Under the pieces are notes generated by a model. The model worked only from the letters and a program-made list of their open reading frames with translations. It made no database searches and was not told the DNA's origin. From contig CBDCJV010000002.1 of assembly GCA_965217895.1 (NCBI GenBank), forward strand, positions 2,720,001 through 2,784,000: a stretch of DNA of 64,000 bases. The letters are read 5' to 3'. Source of the DNA: Waterburya sp. (GTDB taxonomy: Bacteria > Cyanobacteriota > Cyanobacteriia > Cyanobacteriales > Xenococcaceae). Of the stretch, positions 52,605 to 62,923 are shown piece after piece (the stretch's first letter is position 1; every line of letters starts with the position of its first letter). Position numbers and translations under genes: made by a program.

Positions 52605-53267
52605 ATGAATGAACTTTTACCGCCTTGGTCATTACTTACAGCCTTTTTAGCTGCCAGCTTCATTCTGGCAGTAACACCTGGACCTGGTGTTTTCTATATT
52701 GTCACTCGCAGCCTAGCTCAAGGCAGGCGTTCTGGTCTGGCTTCCGTTGCGGGGGTTGCGTTGGGCAACCTTGGCAATGCCATCGGTGCATCGGTAGGAC
52801 TGGCTGCTGTATTTGCCGTGTCGTCAGTTGCCTTCACGGCAGTCAAGTATGCGGGAGCTTTGTATCTAGTTTATATGGGAATTCAAGTACTGCGTAGCGA
52901 AGCCATGCCGTCGGGCTTATCGCCTGAGTCAGAAGTGAGGAGAAAAGACCTTAAGTCTGCTCAACCCTGGAGGATTTTTCGAGATGGTTTTCTAGTGGCG
53001 TTATTCAATCCCAAAACAGCCATTTTCTTTGCTGCTTTTCTGCCTCAATTTATGGGGACAACAACGCCCATGCTGCAAAGCGTGATACTTGGTGCGCTAT
53101 TTGTGGCAATAGCTGCGACAACCGATACCCTTTATGCGTTAGCTGCGGGTTCTATTGCCCCAGCGTTAGCACGAGCAAAGGGATTTCGCCAAGGACGTTA
53201 CTTAACTGGTGGTGCATTTATTGGACTAGGTATGATGACTGCCTTTGCTGGTCGTAGCAGCAAATAG
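52605..53267 (+). CDS. LysE/RhtB family exporter
   Basis: TPGPG, KYAGALYLVYMG, GFLVALFNPKTAIFFAAFLPQF. Confidence 0.92.
   Translation: MNELLPPWSLLTAFLAASFILAVTPGPGVFYIVTRSLAQGRRSGLASVAGVALGNLGNAIGASVGLAAVFAVSSVAFTAVKYAGALYLVYMGIQVLRSEAMPSGLSPESEVRRKDLKSAQPWRIFRDGFLVALFNPKTAIFFAAFLPQFMGTTTPMLQSVILGALFVAIAATTDTLYALAAGSIAPALARAKGFRQGRYLTGGAFIGLGMMTAFAGRSSK
52892..52923. repeat. 24-nt SDR5-like element inserted in HIP1, in frame in lysE
   Basis: GCG-TAGCGAAGCCATGCCGTCGGGCTT-ATCGC. Confidence 0.7.
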
Positions 53268-53327
53268 CTATTGATGAGTGGTTCAAAAAAATAATTATAA
53301 TAAATAACTGTAAATTATTGATTTGTA

Positions 53328-54485
53328 ATGGTGCAAAAATTTGATGCGATCGTTCTGGGTGCTGGAGGTGTAGGTAGTGCTGCTGCTTACTATCTTGCTA
53401 GATCGGGACAAAAAGTTTTATTACTAGAGCAGTTTGAACTCAACCATCAATTAGGAAGTTCCTACGGCTTTTCGCGGGTAATTCGCTATACTTACGACAA
53501 TCCAATCTATATCGAGCTAATGCGGGCTGCTTATCCCCTGTGGTTTGCTTTACAAGAAGAAGCAGGAGAGCAGCTTTATGTAAAGACAGGAGGTTTAGAT
53601 TTTGGCTTTCCCACCGAAGATACATTCCAAAAGCTAAAGCAAAGTATGGATGGGGCAGGATTAGATTATGAATATTTAGACAAACAAGAGGTTAGGCAGC
53701 GTTTTCCTCAGTTTAATCTGGATAATGGTATGGCAGCTTTGTTTCAGGCGGACACGGGCTTGCTAAGAGCTTCTGGCTGTGTGCTGGCTCATATTCGTTT
53801 AGCTCAAAAGCACGGGGCGACAGTTTGCGATCGCACTCCCGTCATTAAGATTATTCCCCATACTGATAGTGTAGAGGTACATACCGAAACAGAGACTTAC
53901 ATAGCCGAACGTCTGGTAATCACCGTAGGTAGCTGGTCAAAAGCTTTACTCGCCGAACAAGGTATTGATCTACCGCTAAAAATTATGCCCTGTCAGCTAG
54001 GATTTTACCGACCAAAAGAACCAGCAGCATTTAAGCCTGGAAACTTTCCCGTATTTTTTGCTCACATGAATGGCGAATACGGCGAGATGCCCTATGGTAT
54101 TCCCCACGAAGATGAAAGCATTGGCGTAAAAGTAACAACCTTTTATGGCTGGCAAACTGTAGATCATCCCAGTGAGGTAGACTATACCCCTAGTGAAGAG
54201 TGGGTAGAATATATCCGTAACTTTTCTCGACAATATATTCCTGGTGCAGCAGGAGAAACTCTTTCTACTCGTCGCTGTCTATATACCCTGACACCTGACA
54301 AAGATTTTGTGATTGATCGCCATCCTAATTATCCTCACATAGTATTTGGGGCAGGCTTTTCGGGACACGGTTTTAAATTTACCACCTTGACAGGAAAAAT
54401 GCTGGCGGAGTTGGCTTTAGAAGGAAAAACTCAGCATGATACAAGCTTATTTAAGCTGTCTCGTTTTCAGCAGGTAGCTGTTTAA
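53328..54485 (+). CDS. Monomeric sarcosine oxidase / N-methyl-amino-acid oxidase (SolA family)
   Basis: GAGGVG, GSSYGFSRVIR, CLYTLTPD (flavinylated-Cys motif), GFSGHGFKF. Confidence 0.9.
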   Translation: MVQKFDAIVLGAGGVGSAAAYYLARSGQKVLLLEQFELNHQLGSSYGFSRVIRYTYDNPIYIELMRAAYPLWFALQEEAGEQLYVKTGGLDFGFPTEDTFQKLKQSMDGAGLDYEYLDKQEVRQRFPQFNLDNGMAALFQADTGLLRASGCVLAHIRLAQKHGATVCDRTPVIKIIPHTDSVEVHTETETYIAERLVITVGSWSKALLAEQGIDLPLKIMPCQLGFYRPKEPAAFKPGNFPVFFAHMNGEYGEMPYGIPHEDESIGVKVTTFYGWQTVDHPSEVDYTPSEEWVEYIRNFSRQYIPGAAGETLSTRRCLYTLTPDKDFVIDRHPNYPHIVFGAGFSGHGFKFTTLTGKMLAELALEGKTQHDTSLFKLSRFQQVAV

Positions 54486-54559
54486 ACTAGAAATTAAAAT
54501 CAGGCTGCTAGTTGATTAAAGAAGCGATCGCGCTATAAATGATTATTCTGATGTCAATC

Positions 54560-56098
54560 CTATTGCTGTAAATCTTTTTGTAGTTGAGCGATCGCAGCAT
54601 ATTCGGTTTTAAAGCCATCTAAAAGACGACAATAAAGGGGTAAAACTTGCTGATAGTTAGCTACATTACTGGCAATTGGTTGATGCTGATGAATCTCGCC
54701 ATTTATGAGTTGAGATTCGGTCAAATCAGCGATTTCTCCCATAGCGTACAGTCCTAAAATTGCTGCTCCCAAACTAGAGCTTTCATAACTTTCGGGGATG
54801 CTTACTTCTTTATTAAAAACATCAGCCAACATTTGTCTCCATAGGGGAGAGCGGGCAAAACCTCCTGCTGCTCTAATATTTTTTACTTCGCCAGTAATAG
54901 ATTCTAAAGCTTGAAAAACTAAATACAGATTGTAAACTACGCCTTCTAATACCGCCCGAATCAGATGAGCTTTGTTATGATGCAGTGCCAGACCAAAAAA
55001 ACTACCTCTGGCGTTAGCATCCCATAATGGCGATCGCTCTCCTGATAAATAAGGGTGAAAGATCAAGCCTTCTGAGCCTGCGGGGATAGTTGCAGCGATC
55101 GCCGTCAACATATCATAGGGGTTTTGTTTGAGTAACTTAGCGGTATCAATTTCCGCATCGGCTAATTGGTCACGCACCCAGCGCAAAGTGATTCCCCCGT
55201 TATTGACCGCACCGCCGACAACCCAGTAATCTTCGGTTAGAGGATAGCAAAACAACCGTTGTTGGGGATCGGTTTGGGGTTTACTGACGGTTGCCCGAAC
55301 TGCGCCACTTGTGCCAACTGTCACTGTTGCAATGCCAGGAGCGATCGCACCTACTCCTAAATTGGCTAAAACTCCATCATTTGCACCAATGACTACAGGA
55401 GTATCTGCTGCAATACCCATTTCATCTGCATATTCTGTCTTTAGCGATCGCAAAATGTGAGTAGTAGGTACAAGTTGAGATAGCCCAGACGCTTTAATCC
55501 CTGCCAACTCTAGTGCTTCGGTGTCCCAAGTTAAGCTATTGAAATTAAATAAGCCCGTCGCTGAGGCGATGGAGTAATCGACGATATATTCTTGAAATAG
55601 CTGCCAGAAAATATATTCTTTGATGGAAATAAATTTTGCTGCTTGTTGCCAAAGTTCAGGCTTACTTTCCCGTAACCACATCAGTTTGACTAGTGGTGAC
55701 ATTGGGTGAGTCGGAGTTCCCGTACGAGTATATATTTCATGTCCTCCATACTCGTATTTTAGCTTATCTGCCCAGTCAGCACTACGGTTATCTGCCCAAG
55801 TCAAACTTGGTGTCAAAGGTTTTCCTTCGCTATCAACTACAATCAAACTGTGCATCGCTGCACTAAAAGATAGACAGAGAATCTCCGACTGATTTACGCT
55901 ACTTTTCGCAACTACCTGCTTTACAGTTGTGATTACCGCTTGAAAAATTTGCTCTGGGTTTTGTACGGCTGCCCCTAGAGTAGGTGCATTTAGAGGATAC
56001 CCGACTGCGTGCTGTTCAATTAGCTTGCCGCGATCGCTATACAATACTGATTTAGTGCTACTCGTACCAATATCAACACCAATTACATATTTACTCAT
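54560..56098 (-). CDS. gntK: Gluconokinase (FGGY family)
   Basis: IGVDIGTSSTK, FSAAMHSL, TWADNRS, GTPTHPMSP, PYLSGERSPLW. Confidence 0.85.
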   Translation of the reverse strand: MSKYVIGVDIGTSSTKSVLYSDRGKLIEQHAVGYPLNAPTLGAAVQNPEQIFQAVITTVKQVVAKSSVNQSEILCLSFSAAMHSLIVVDSEGKPLTPSLTWADNRSADWADKLKYEYGGHEIYTRTGTPTHPMSPLVKLMWLRESKPELWQQAAKFISIKEYIFWQLFQEYIVDYSIASATGLFNFNSLTWDTEALELAGIKASGLSQLVPTTHILRSLKTEYADEMGIAADTPVVIGANDGVLANLGVGAIAPGIATVTVGTSGAVRATVSKPQTDPQQRLFCYPLTEDYWVVGGAVNNGGITLRWVRDQLADAEIDTAKLLKQNPYDMLTAIAATIPAGSEGLIFHPYLSGERSPLWDANARGSFFGLALHHNKAHLIRAVLEGVVYNLYLVFQALESITGEVKNIRAAGGFARSPLWRQMLADVFNKEVSIPESYESSSLGAAILGLYAMGEIADLTESQLINGEIHQHQPIASNVANYQQVLPLYCRLLDGFKTEYAAIAQLQKDLQQ

Positions 56099-56123
56099 TC
56101 TTGCTTTTAAAAACCCTAGAAAA

Positions 56124-58115
56124 CTAGCTAATTGTGCCAGTCAAAGGAGAACTAGCAGTAGCATATTGCTTGACAGGAATTCTACCTGATAGATAAGCTA
56201 GCCTTCCTGCTTCTGCTGCCAAACCCATCGCCCGTGCCATAGCTGCGGGGTTTTTTGCTAGGGCGATCGCGCTATTAACTAGCAAGGCATCTGCACCCAT
56301 TTCCATTGCCAAAGCAGCTTCGCTAGGTGTGCCTATACCTGCATCGACCACCACAGGAATGTTGGCTTCTTCAATGATAATAGCAATATTAGCTGCGTTA
56401 TTAATTCCTTGTCCTGAACCAATTGGTGAACCTAAGGGCATAACTGTAACACAGCCAGCTTCTTCTAGACGTTTAGCTAAAAGCGGATCGGCATTGATAT
56501 AGGGTAAAACTGCAAAGCCTTCTTTAACTAACTGTTCTGCTGCTTCTAGAGTACCGATAGGATCGGGTAACAGATATTTGGCATCGGGAATGACCTCTAG
56601 CTTGATAAAATTATTGTCTTCCTGCCCTAATAATTTTGCCATCTCTCGACCGAGACGAGCAACTCGCACGGCTTCCTCGGCAGTTTTACAGCCTGCGGTA
56701 TTGGGCAGCATCCAGATTTTATCCCAGTCGAGAGCTTCGGCTAAACCTTCGTGTCCTGGGGCTTTGGTTTGAACTCTTCTCACCGCCACGGTAACTATTT
56801 GACAACCGCTAGCAGCTACACTTTGCTGCATCGCCTTGATGCTGGAATACTTGCCTGTACCAGTCATTAAACGAGAATTAAAGGTTCGCCCTGCAATAGT
56901 TAGCTGATTTAGATCTTCAACAATTGTTTGATTAGGTAGTAAAGAATTTGCTGATGAAGCTAGAGAAGGATTTGATTGCATCTGTAAAGATTTTTGAGAA
57001 TTATTGCCCAAGTTGCTAAGAGAAGTCATGCTGGTTGAATTGTAAAAACGTTGATAACTAAATTCTGCTAGGAGAGGGTCAGATTTTTGTTTGAGGATCA
57101 AATCGGTGAGTAAGGCAGCGGTGACGGGAGCAAGCAAAATACCGTTACGGTAATGCCCTGTTGCCAAATATAGATTGCCACAGGCACTACGACCCAGAAT
57201 GGGCAATTCATCAGGAGTACCAGGACGAAAACCCCACCAAAATTCTTCAATCTGCCAATCAGCGATCGCAGGATACAGTTCAGTAGCTCGATCCAACAAA
57301 CTTTGAACACTTTTAGGAGTATTATAAGGAGTCCATTCTACTTCTTCTACCGTTGCACCGATAACCAGTCTACCGTCTTGTCTCGGCACAAGATAAATGC
57401 CTTCACCGTATAAGACTCGCTGGAGAGGAAAAGGCTGATGTGGCTTTTGGGGCATTCGCAAAGATAACATTTGTCCTTTAACTGGACGCACTGGTAATGG
57501 TAGTAATTGACTAGACCATGAACCCGCAGCCAAAACGTATTCTTCTGCTTCTAGCTGTCCTATATCGGTCAAAACCCCGTTTATCCTGCCCTGCTTTTGC
57601 TGTATTGCTTTAACTGCAACTCCTTCTTTAATCTCTACTCCTAAAGTTTGAGCAGCCTGGAGTAAAGATCGCATTAAACAGCGACTATCTACTTGACCAT
57701 CTTCGGGATGCCACCAACCGCCAATGACGCGATCGCTCAATCCTGGTTGATAAAGGTGAATTGCCTGTTTGTCCAACCAAACTGCACCTTTATCTGTTTC
57801 GCTAATAAATTCAGGTTGATTATAAACAGGAGCAAGAATACCGCAGGACAAGTAACCAGTATCAACTCCTGTTAACTCTTCCAACTTTTGTGTCCACTCA
57901 GGATATAGCCAACGGGATCTAGAGCATAAGTCAAACATAGCAGCAGAAGTTAGTTTTTCTGCCATTGGTGCTAACATTCCTGCTGCTGCATGGGAAGCTG
58001 CCTGCATAAAATCTTTGCTAACTACAGTAACTTTTGCTGCCTGACGTTTTAACTCAATAGCGATCGATAGACTTATTATGCCACCGCCAATAATCAGAAT
58101 ATCCTTGGTTTTCAT
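56124..58115 (-). CDS. thiG: Fused glycine oxidase ThiO / thiazole synthase ThiG
   Basis: [22 protein letters not shown], then [27 protein letters not shown]; start set at MKTKD. Confidence 0.93.
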   Translation of the reverse strand: MKTKDILIIGGGIISLSIAIELKRQAAKVTVVSKDFMQAASHAAAGMLAPMAEKLTSAAMFDLCSRSRWLYPEWTQKLEELTGVDTGYLSCGILAPVYNQPEFISETDKGAVWLDKQAIHLYQPGLSDRVIGGWWHPEDGQVDSRCLMRSLLQAAQTLGVEIKEGVAVKAIQQKQGRINGVLTDIGQLEAEEYVLAAGSWSSQLLPLPVRPVKGQMLSLRMPQKPHQPFPLQRVLYGEGIYLVPRQDGRLVIGATVEEVEWTPYNTPKSVQSLLDRATELYPAIADWQIEEFWWGFRPGTPDELPILGRSACGNLYLATGHYRNGILLAPVTAALLTDLILKQKSDPLLAEFSYQRFYNSTSMTSLSNLGNNSQKSLQMQSNPSLASSANSLLPNQTIVEDLNQLTIAGRTFNSRLMTGTGKYSSIKAMQQSVAASGCQIVTVAVRRVQTKAPGHEGLAEALDWDKIWMLPNTAGCKTAEEAVRVARLGREMAKLLGQEDNNFIKLEVIPDAKYLLPDPIGTLEAAEQLVKEGFAVLPYINADPLLAKRLEEAGCVTVMPLGSPIGSGQGINNAANIAIIIEEANIPVVVDAGIGTPSEAALAMEMGADALLVNSAIALAKNPAAMARAMGLAAEAGRLAYLSGRIPVKQYATASSPLTGTIS

Positions 58116-58192
58116 CTTCTTAACCCCCGTCCCTATAACTTTACCCCGAAACTCCCTTAACTTTAGTATGGGATATATCCCTAAAAAAAAGT

Positions 58193-58699
58193 ATGCGATC
58201 GCCACTCAACCTCAAAACTTGGCAAAAACAATCAGGCAAAGAAGTACAGGTTTACATTTCTGCTCCTCATCAGTTTGTAATTGACCATCAGCCAGAGCTT
58301 CTACCTGATTGGAATCTCCGTCCAGCTAACTTAGTTCTATTTTTACAGCGATCGTCTATTTCTCTCCAAGAATCCGATCCAGAAGCTGCTCATGAAAAAG
58401 ATATCTTGAGACAGGAGTTTATTCGTTTTGGCTGCAATTTGATTTTTGCTTTACAGGATCGAGGATACAAAAGCGATCTTTTTGATCCTCGTACTGGTTA
58501 TCCTCTATTAACTCGTCCAGGAGAATTAAAGCTAGATGATAATGCGGTAGTCAAAGCACTACTAAATTATCCAGTAATTAGCTACAAAAGTTGCTCTTTA
58601 ATCGTTCATCCGCTCTGGGGTAATTGTGTTTATCCTTCGACAATAGTTTCTTCTGCTCCTCAGAGTTTAATAGAGTCCATAATTAATGAATTGATGTAA
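58193..58699 (+). CDS. MMADHC/CblD-like protein
   Basis: [37 protein letters not shown]. Confidence 0.75.
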   Translation: MRSPLNLKTWQKQSGKEVQVYISAPHQFVIDHQPELLPDWNLRPANLVLFLQRSSISLQESDPEAAHEKDILRQEFIRFGCNLIFALQDRGYKSDLFDPRTGYPLLTRPGELKLDDNAVVKALLNYPVISYKSCSLIVHPLWGNCVYPSTIVSSAPQSLIESIINELM

Positions 58700-58715
58700 G
58701 TACTTAAGCAAACAC

Positions 58716-58819
58716 TAAGTGGGTAGGTGTAATTAAATATAAAATGGATTTGATAGAGGTCAGAGGTCAGGGCAAAAGTTAATGTTGGCATCTTATAAAT
58801 GATTTCGCCCACCTACTTA
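58716..58819. mobile_element. MITE-like element family 2, copy 2
   Basis: Near-identical to 50757-50868, one GAGGTCA-type unit shorter. Confidence 0.8.
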
Positions 58820-59218
58820 TCAAGCAGGACAAAGAAGTCATTGCATTTTACTTTCTAAACATAATAAAATGCGCTATCAGCCTCTTCAATTTTTAGATTA
58901 ATAGGCTGATAAACAAAGCACAAGAAAATTATTTTTTTCTTAATTTAAAGTTAACTTATTTATGGTACTGGCTTTTTTGTTTGCATAACATAAAAAAAAT
59001 CTTGTTTTGTCACAAAAAGCATTGTTAAGCCTAATCCAAAAATTTTTAACCATAAATCAATGACCCACAATATACAAAAACTAGATTGATAGTATGATTA
59101 GCAATTGCTCGTAAACTCGATTGCTTTTATACTTATTTGGTATTTGATGCAGATTAAAAATGAAAATATATAAGCTATAAATATCAAAATGCTAGTTAAA
59201 AATAGCATTTTTTAAATC

Positions 59219-59237
59219 CTTAATTTTCTCTTTACCT
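59219..59237 (+). promoter_or_regulatory. Possible Pho box (SphR site) upstream of pstS
   Basis: CTTAATTT-TCT-CTTTACCT: two imperfect repeats at 11-bp period. Confidence 0.3.
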
Positions 59238-59283
59238 AAATCAAATATTGTTAGTTGTTGACAAACTAATTTACTAAAATCAG

Positions 59284-60360
59284 ATGGTTTTTAAAACTAA
59301 ACAAAATTTTTGCTTAACTCTTATATCAGCGGTGTCTTTAGGACTTGTCGCACAAAATATAGATATTTCTGCTAATAAAGTTAATTTTTCTACCCCTGTT
59401 GCTAATGCACAAGATGTCAGTTTGACTGGTGCTGGTGCATCTTTCCCTGCTCCTCTGTATCAACGCTGGTTTTCTGAATACAATAAACTAAATCCTAACG
59501 TTCAGGTATCTTATCAGTCTGTTGGTAGTGGTGCTGGAGTTGAGCAATTTACTCAAGGAACAGTGGATTTTGGTGCGAGTGATGTGGCAATGACCGATGA
59601 GGAAATGGCTGCGGTACAGCAAGGAGTGGCTTTATTACCTATGACTGCTGGCAGTATTGTACTGGCATATAATTTGCCTGGTGTAACTCAATTAAAATTT
59701 TCTCGTCAAGTTTATGTAGATATTTTACTGGGTAAGATTACCAAATGGAACGATCCCGCGATCGCCTCTCTTAACCCTGATGCCAAGCTTCCCGACAGCA
59801 AAATTACCGTAGTTCATCGCTCAGACGGTAGTGGGACTACTGGAGTATTTACCAAACATCTAAGCGCAATTAGTCCTGAATGGAAACAAAAAGTTGGCGA
59901 TGGTAAAACCGTAGAATGGCCTACAGGTATAGGTGCTAAAGGAAATGAAGGAGTAACGGCTCAAATTCTGCAAACCGAAGGCTCGCTTGGCTACGTTGAA
60001 TATGGTTATGCCAAACAGCAGGATATTCCCTTTGCCTCTTTAGAAAACAAATCGGGAAATTACGTTACAGCCTCTGATGAGTCTGCTGCTAACGCTTTGA
60101 GTGCTACCACCTTACCAGAAAATCTCAGGGCTTTTGTTACCGACCCAGAAGGCGAAAATTCTTATCCTATTGTTACCTATACTTGGATTTTGGCATATCA
60201 AAATTATAGCGATCCTAATAAATTGCAAGGTTTGAAGGACGTAATCAACTGGTCATTAACTGACGGACAGGCTTATGCCAAAGAATTAGGTTATGTTCCT
60301 CTACCTGCTAACGTAGTACAGAAGGTTCAGGCAAAGCTAGATACAATTCAAGCCAAGTAA
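59284..60360 (+). CDS. pstS: Phosphate ABC transporter substrate-binding protein
   Basis: GAGASFPAPLY, YQSVGSGAG, DFGASD, HRSDGSGTT, YPIVTYTW. Confidence 0.96.
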   Translation: MVFKTKQNFCLTLISAVSLGLVAQNIDISANKVNFSTPVANAQDVSLTGAGASFPAPLYQRWFSEYNKLNPNVQVSYQSVGSGAGVEQFTQGTVDFGASDVAMTDEEMAAVQQGVALLPMTAGSIVLAYNLPGVTQLKFSRQVYVDILLGKITKWNDPAIASLNPDAKLPDSKITVVHRSDGSGTTGVFTKHLSAISPEWKQKVGDGKTVEWPTGIGAKGNEGVTAQILQTEGSLGYVEYGYAKQQDIPFASLENKSGNYVTASDESAANALSATTLPENLRAFVTDPEGENSYPIVTYTWILAYQNYSDPNKLQGLKDVINWSLTDGQAYAKELGYVPLPANVVQKVQAKLDTIQAK

Positions 60361-60369
60361 GACAACTTT

Positions 60370-60498
60370 GGCGTTGCTGATTTGAAGTATGAAACTGAAA
60401 AGTAACCTGTTCGTAGCTATCAGCTATTAGCTATTAGCTTTTTGATCGATCTGCTCAATCGTTAAAATGGTAGAATCATACCTCGATCCAGCAACGCC
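60370..60498. mobile_element. MITE, TIR GGCGTTGCTG, copy 4 (no TSD)
   Basis: Reverse-complement similarity to copy 3; flanks ACAACTTT and ATAAAATA differ. Confidence 0.8.
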
Positions 60499-60599
60499 AT
60501 AAAATACATTTTGAGCGAGAATGAGTTGAAAGGATAGTCAGTAGACTAAGTATCTGTTAGGCTATAGCTTCTAATCTGATAATTGCCTAATTCTAATCG

Positions 60600-61580
60600 G
60601 TGTTTAACAAGAAGTTTATCGTTGTTAACTACTATTTATTTGCTGGTTTGAGCCTAAGCGCGATCGCTCTATCATTGGCAGGATACTTAGGCAGATTAAA
60701 TCTCTATTTTGAGTTTGCTTCAGGCTATAAGCTGCAACTTTTGCTCATGGCTTTATGCAGCTTGGTTTATTTCTTGCTAACCCACGACAAACTTTGGATT
60801 GCTGCTAGTTTGTTTTGCGTCTTGCTCAATTTAGCGGAAATCTTACCCTGGTACTTTAATCAACCAAAAATCGTTAACTCTGGTCAATACCAAGCACTAA
60901 AAGTCTTTTCTTATAATGTTTTGTGGTCAAATAAAAACTACGCTCAGGCGATCGCTTCAGTTGATCGAGAACAGCCAGATATAGCGGTTTTTCTAGAAGC
61001 CGTCCCCCACTGGCATCCTCATCTAGCAGCATTAGACTCAAGTTATCCGTACCATATTCGCTCAGAAAAAATGGAAATGGAGGTTTACAGTAAACTGCCA
61101 TTAGCTAATGCTCAACTAAAGCTTTACGGTACTTATCGTGGCTTAATTATTGCCGATATCGAAGTTGGCGATCGCCTGGTGAAGTTTGTTGCCACTCATG
61201 CCTACCCTCAACTATATTATGGTCGTCCAGGCTGGGAGATTCGGAATCAGCATTTAGAAATAGGCATTGGCGAATATGTAAAAACCCTAACGCAGCCAGT
61301 TATCGTGATTGGCGATCTAAATGTTTCGATGTGGTCGCCTTTTTATCACTCTATGATTAAGCTTTCTGGTTTACATAATGCCCGTCAAGGATTTGGAATC
61401 TTACCCACTCATTCGATAGTTGCGCCTCAAATTGCTGCTCTATCTGCACCGATAGACCATTGCTTAGTGAGTGCCGATATTCAGGTTAAAAACTTCAAAT
61501 TAGGACGCGCTATTGGTTCGGATCATCTGCCAATTATAGCTAAACTATTAATTCCGCAATTGCCAGATTCGCCGTTGTGA
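60600..61580 (+). CDS. Endonuclease/exonuclease/phosphatase family protein with N-terminal TM helices
   Basis: SYNV, FLE, IGDLNVSMWS, PIDH, GSDHLP. Confidence 0.9.
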   Translation: MFNKKFIVVNYYLFAGLSLSAIALSLAGYLGRLNLYFEFASGYKLQLLLMALCSLVYFLLTHDKLWIAASLFCVLLNLAEILPWYFNQPKIVNSGQYQALKVFSYNVLWSNKNYAQAIASVDREQPDIAVFLEAVPHWHPHLAALDSSYPYHIRSEKMEMEVYSKLPLANAQLKLYGTYRGLIIADIEVGDRLVKFVATHAYPQLYYGRPGWEIRNQHLEIGIGEYVKTLTQPVIVIGDLNVSMWSPFYHSMIKLSGLHNARQGFGILPTHSIVAPQIAALSAPIDHCLVSADIQVKNFKLGRAIGSDHLPIIAKLLIPQLPDSPL

Positions 61581-61596
61581 TGATTGTTTTAAAAAC

Positions 61597-62796
61597 CTAC
61601 TTTTGAATAGAAAAATTAGGTATAAGCTCGGCAAAACTAAACTGTTGTTCGAGTTTCAAGGATTTTAAATACCAAAAAACTATTGCCAGTGGCAAAACAT
61701 ATTTACTCCAATAATGCGCTTTCATCATTATCAAGCAGTTAAATAAAACGCATAGAAACATCAGGTTAGGCTGAGAAAAACGCACACAGGCAAGGAAAGA
61801 TAAAATATAAAATAAAGCTAGCTTCAAGATTTCGTAACGAAAAAGATTAAGGATAAGCGAAAACATACCATCGCTAGTTGTTGGAGGAGGAAAAGCGATG
61901 CAGTACAATAACAAGCCTACTGCAATTAGCATGATTTTGCGCCACCGTGGCTTGAAAGTCTTAATTTTAGCTAATGGCTGAAAAAGAATAAACTCTGGAA
62001 TAACTATGAAGACGCTGACAAATGCCAAGAAATAAATAGCTCTATTGGGTTTCAAAAACCAGGTTGTTTTTTGAACAGTCGGAGCTAATTCTTCGATTCC
62101 CGTTGAAGGTGCTAAACCTTGAAATAAATAAAACCAGCCCAAAATAGACAAAGCTGCTATGAAAGGAGCTATCCACCGCCAATGCTCGGACAACTGGAAT
62201 TTTCTACCGCTTTTAATTTCAGGTAAAACAATTATAAACTCATATAAAGCGATCGCCAGAGGAAATGCTAACATATATTGTCGCGACGCGATCGCTAAAA
62301 TGAAAGCTATGGAGCTTAAGAGGTGGCGACTGTGAACATAGGATACGAATCCCAGCAGCACCCAGAAGCAGGCAATTATATCAGTAACCAAGGCTCCGCT
62401 ACACAAAAGATAATACGGACAGGTAAATAGTCCTATTAAACATAAAATAGCTTTTGCTCCTCGATTCCGACTTGGCCAACCGATAATAAAAACCATGACC
62501 AAAGACAGGATTAAATTCAGCAGTCGCCCAGCAAATACGCCCTGATGAAAAAGATATTCCAACACACCAAAAGTTACAAATGGCAGAGGAGTACTTAAGT
62601 CTCGATAATCTTTTAAGTTACTAATTGAGGGAATTAGACTCTTACTAAAAATTAGGCTAGTTTGCCAAAAATGTACCTCATCATTTACTTTTTCGCCCTG
62701 TAGAAAATCAAACCAAAACACTAACGCAGTATAGATAGCGGTAATAAATAGCAAAAACAAAAACTTTTGTTGAGATCGCTTGAGTTGAACATTCAT
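61597..62796 (-). CDS. Polytopic membrane protein, possible GT-C glycosyltransferase
   Basis: NDEVHF after TM1, STPLPF, GRLLNL, TDIIA, ASRQ; about 10 TM helices; downstream of a GT2. Confidence 0.55.
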   Translation of the reverse strand: MNVQLKRSQQKFLFLLFITAIYTALVFWFDFLQGEKVNDEVHFWQTSLIFSKSLIPSISNLKDYRDLSTPLPFVTFGVLEYLFHQGVFAGRLLNLILSLVMVFIIGWPSRNRGAKAILCLIGLFTCPYYLLCSGALVTDIIACFWVLLGFVSYVHSRHLLSSIAFILAIASRQYMLAFPLAIALYEFIIVLPEIKSGRKFQLSEHWRWIAPFIAALSILGWFYLFQGLAPSTGIEELAPTVQKTTWFLKPNRAIYFLAFVSVFIVIPEFILFQPLAKIKTFKPRWRKIMLIAVGLLLYCIAFPPPTTSDGMFSLILNLFRYEILKLALFYILSFLACVRFSQPNLMFLCVLFNCLIMMKAHYWSKYVLPLAIVFWYLKSLKLEQQFSFAELIPNFSIQK

Positions 62797-62923
62797 AAGT
62801 ATCTGCTGAAATATATATCCTCTGTATATCAGAGAAAAATCTAAAATTAGATACGGTTAAGCCCAAACTTTCTGCTCTATAAAAGTCAGGTAGGTCACAA
62901 AAGATTTACTTCAGTAGCTCAAA

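Noticed and set aside
56124..58115. ThiO-ThiG fusion as a novelty
   Set aside because: Already known in many cyanobacteria
59284..60360. pstS without pstCAB
   Set aside because: Extra stand-alone pstS copies are common in cyanobacteria
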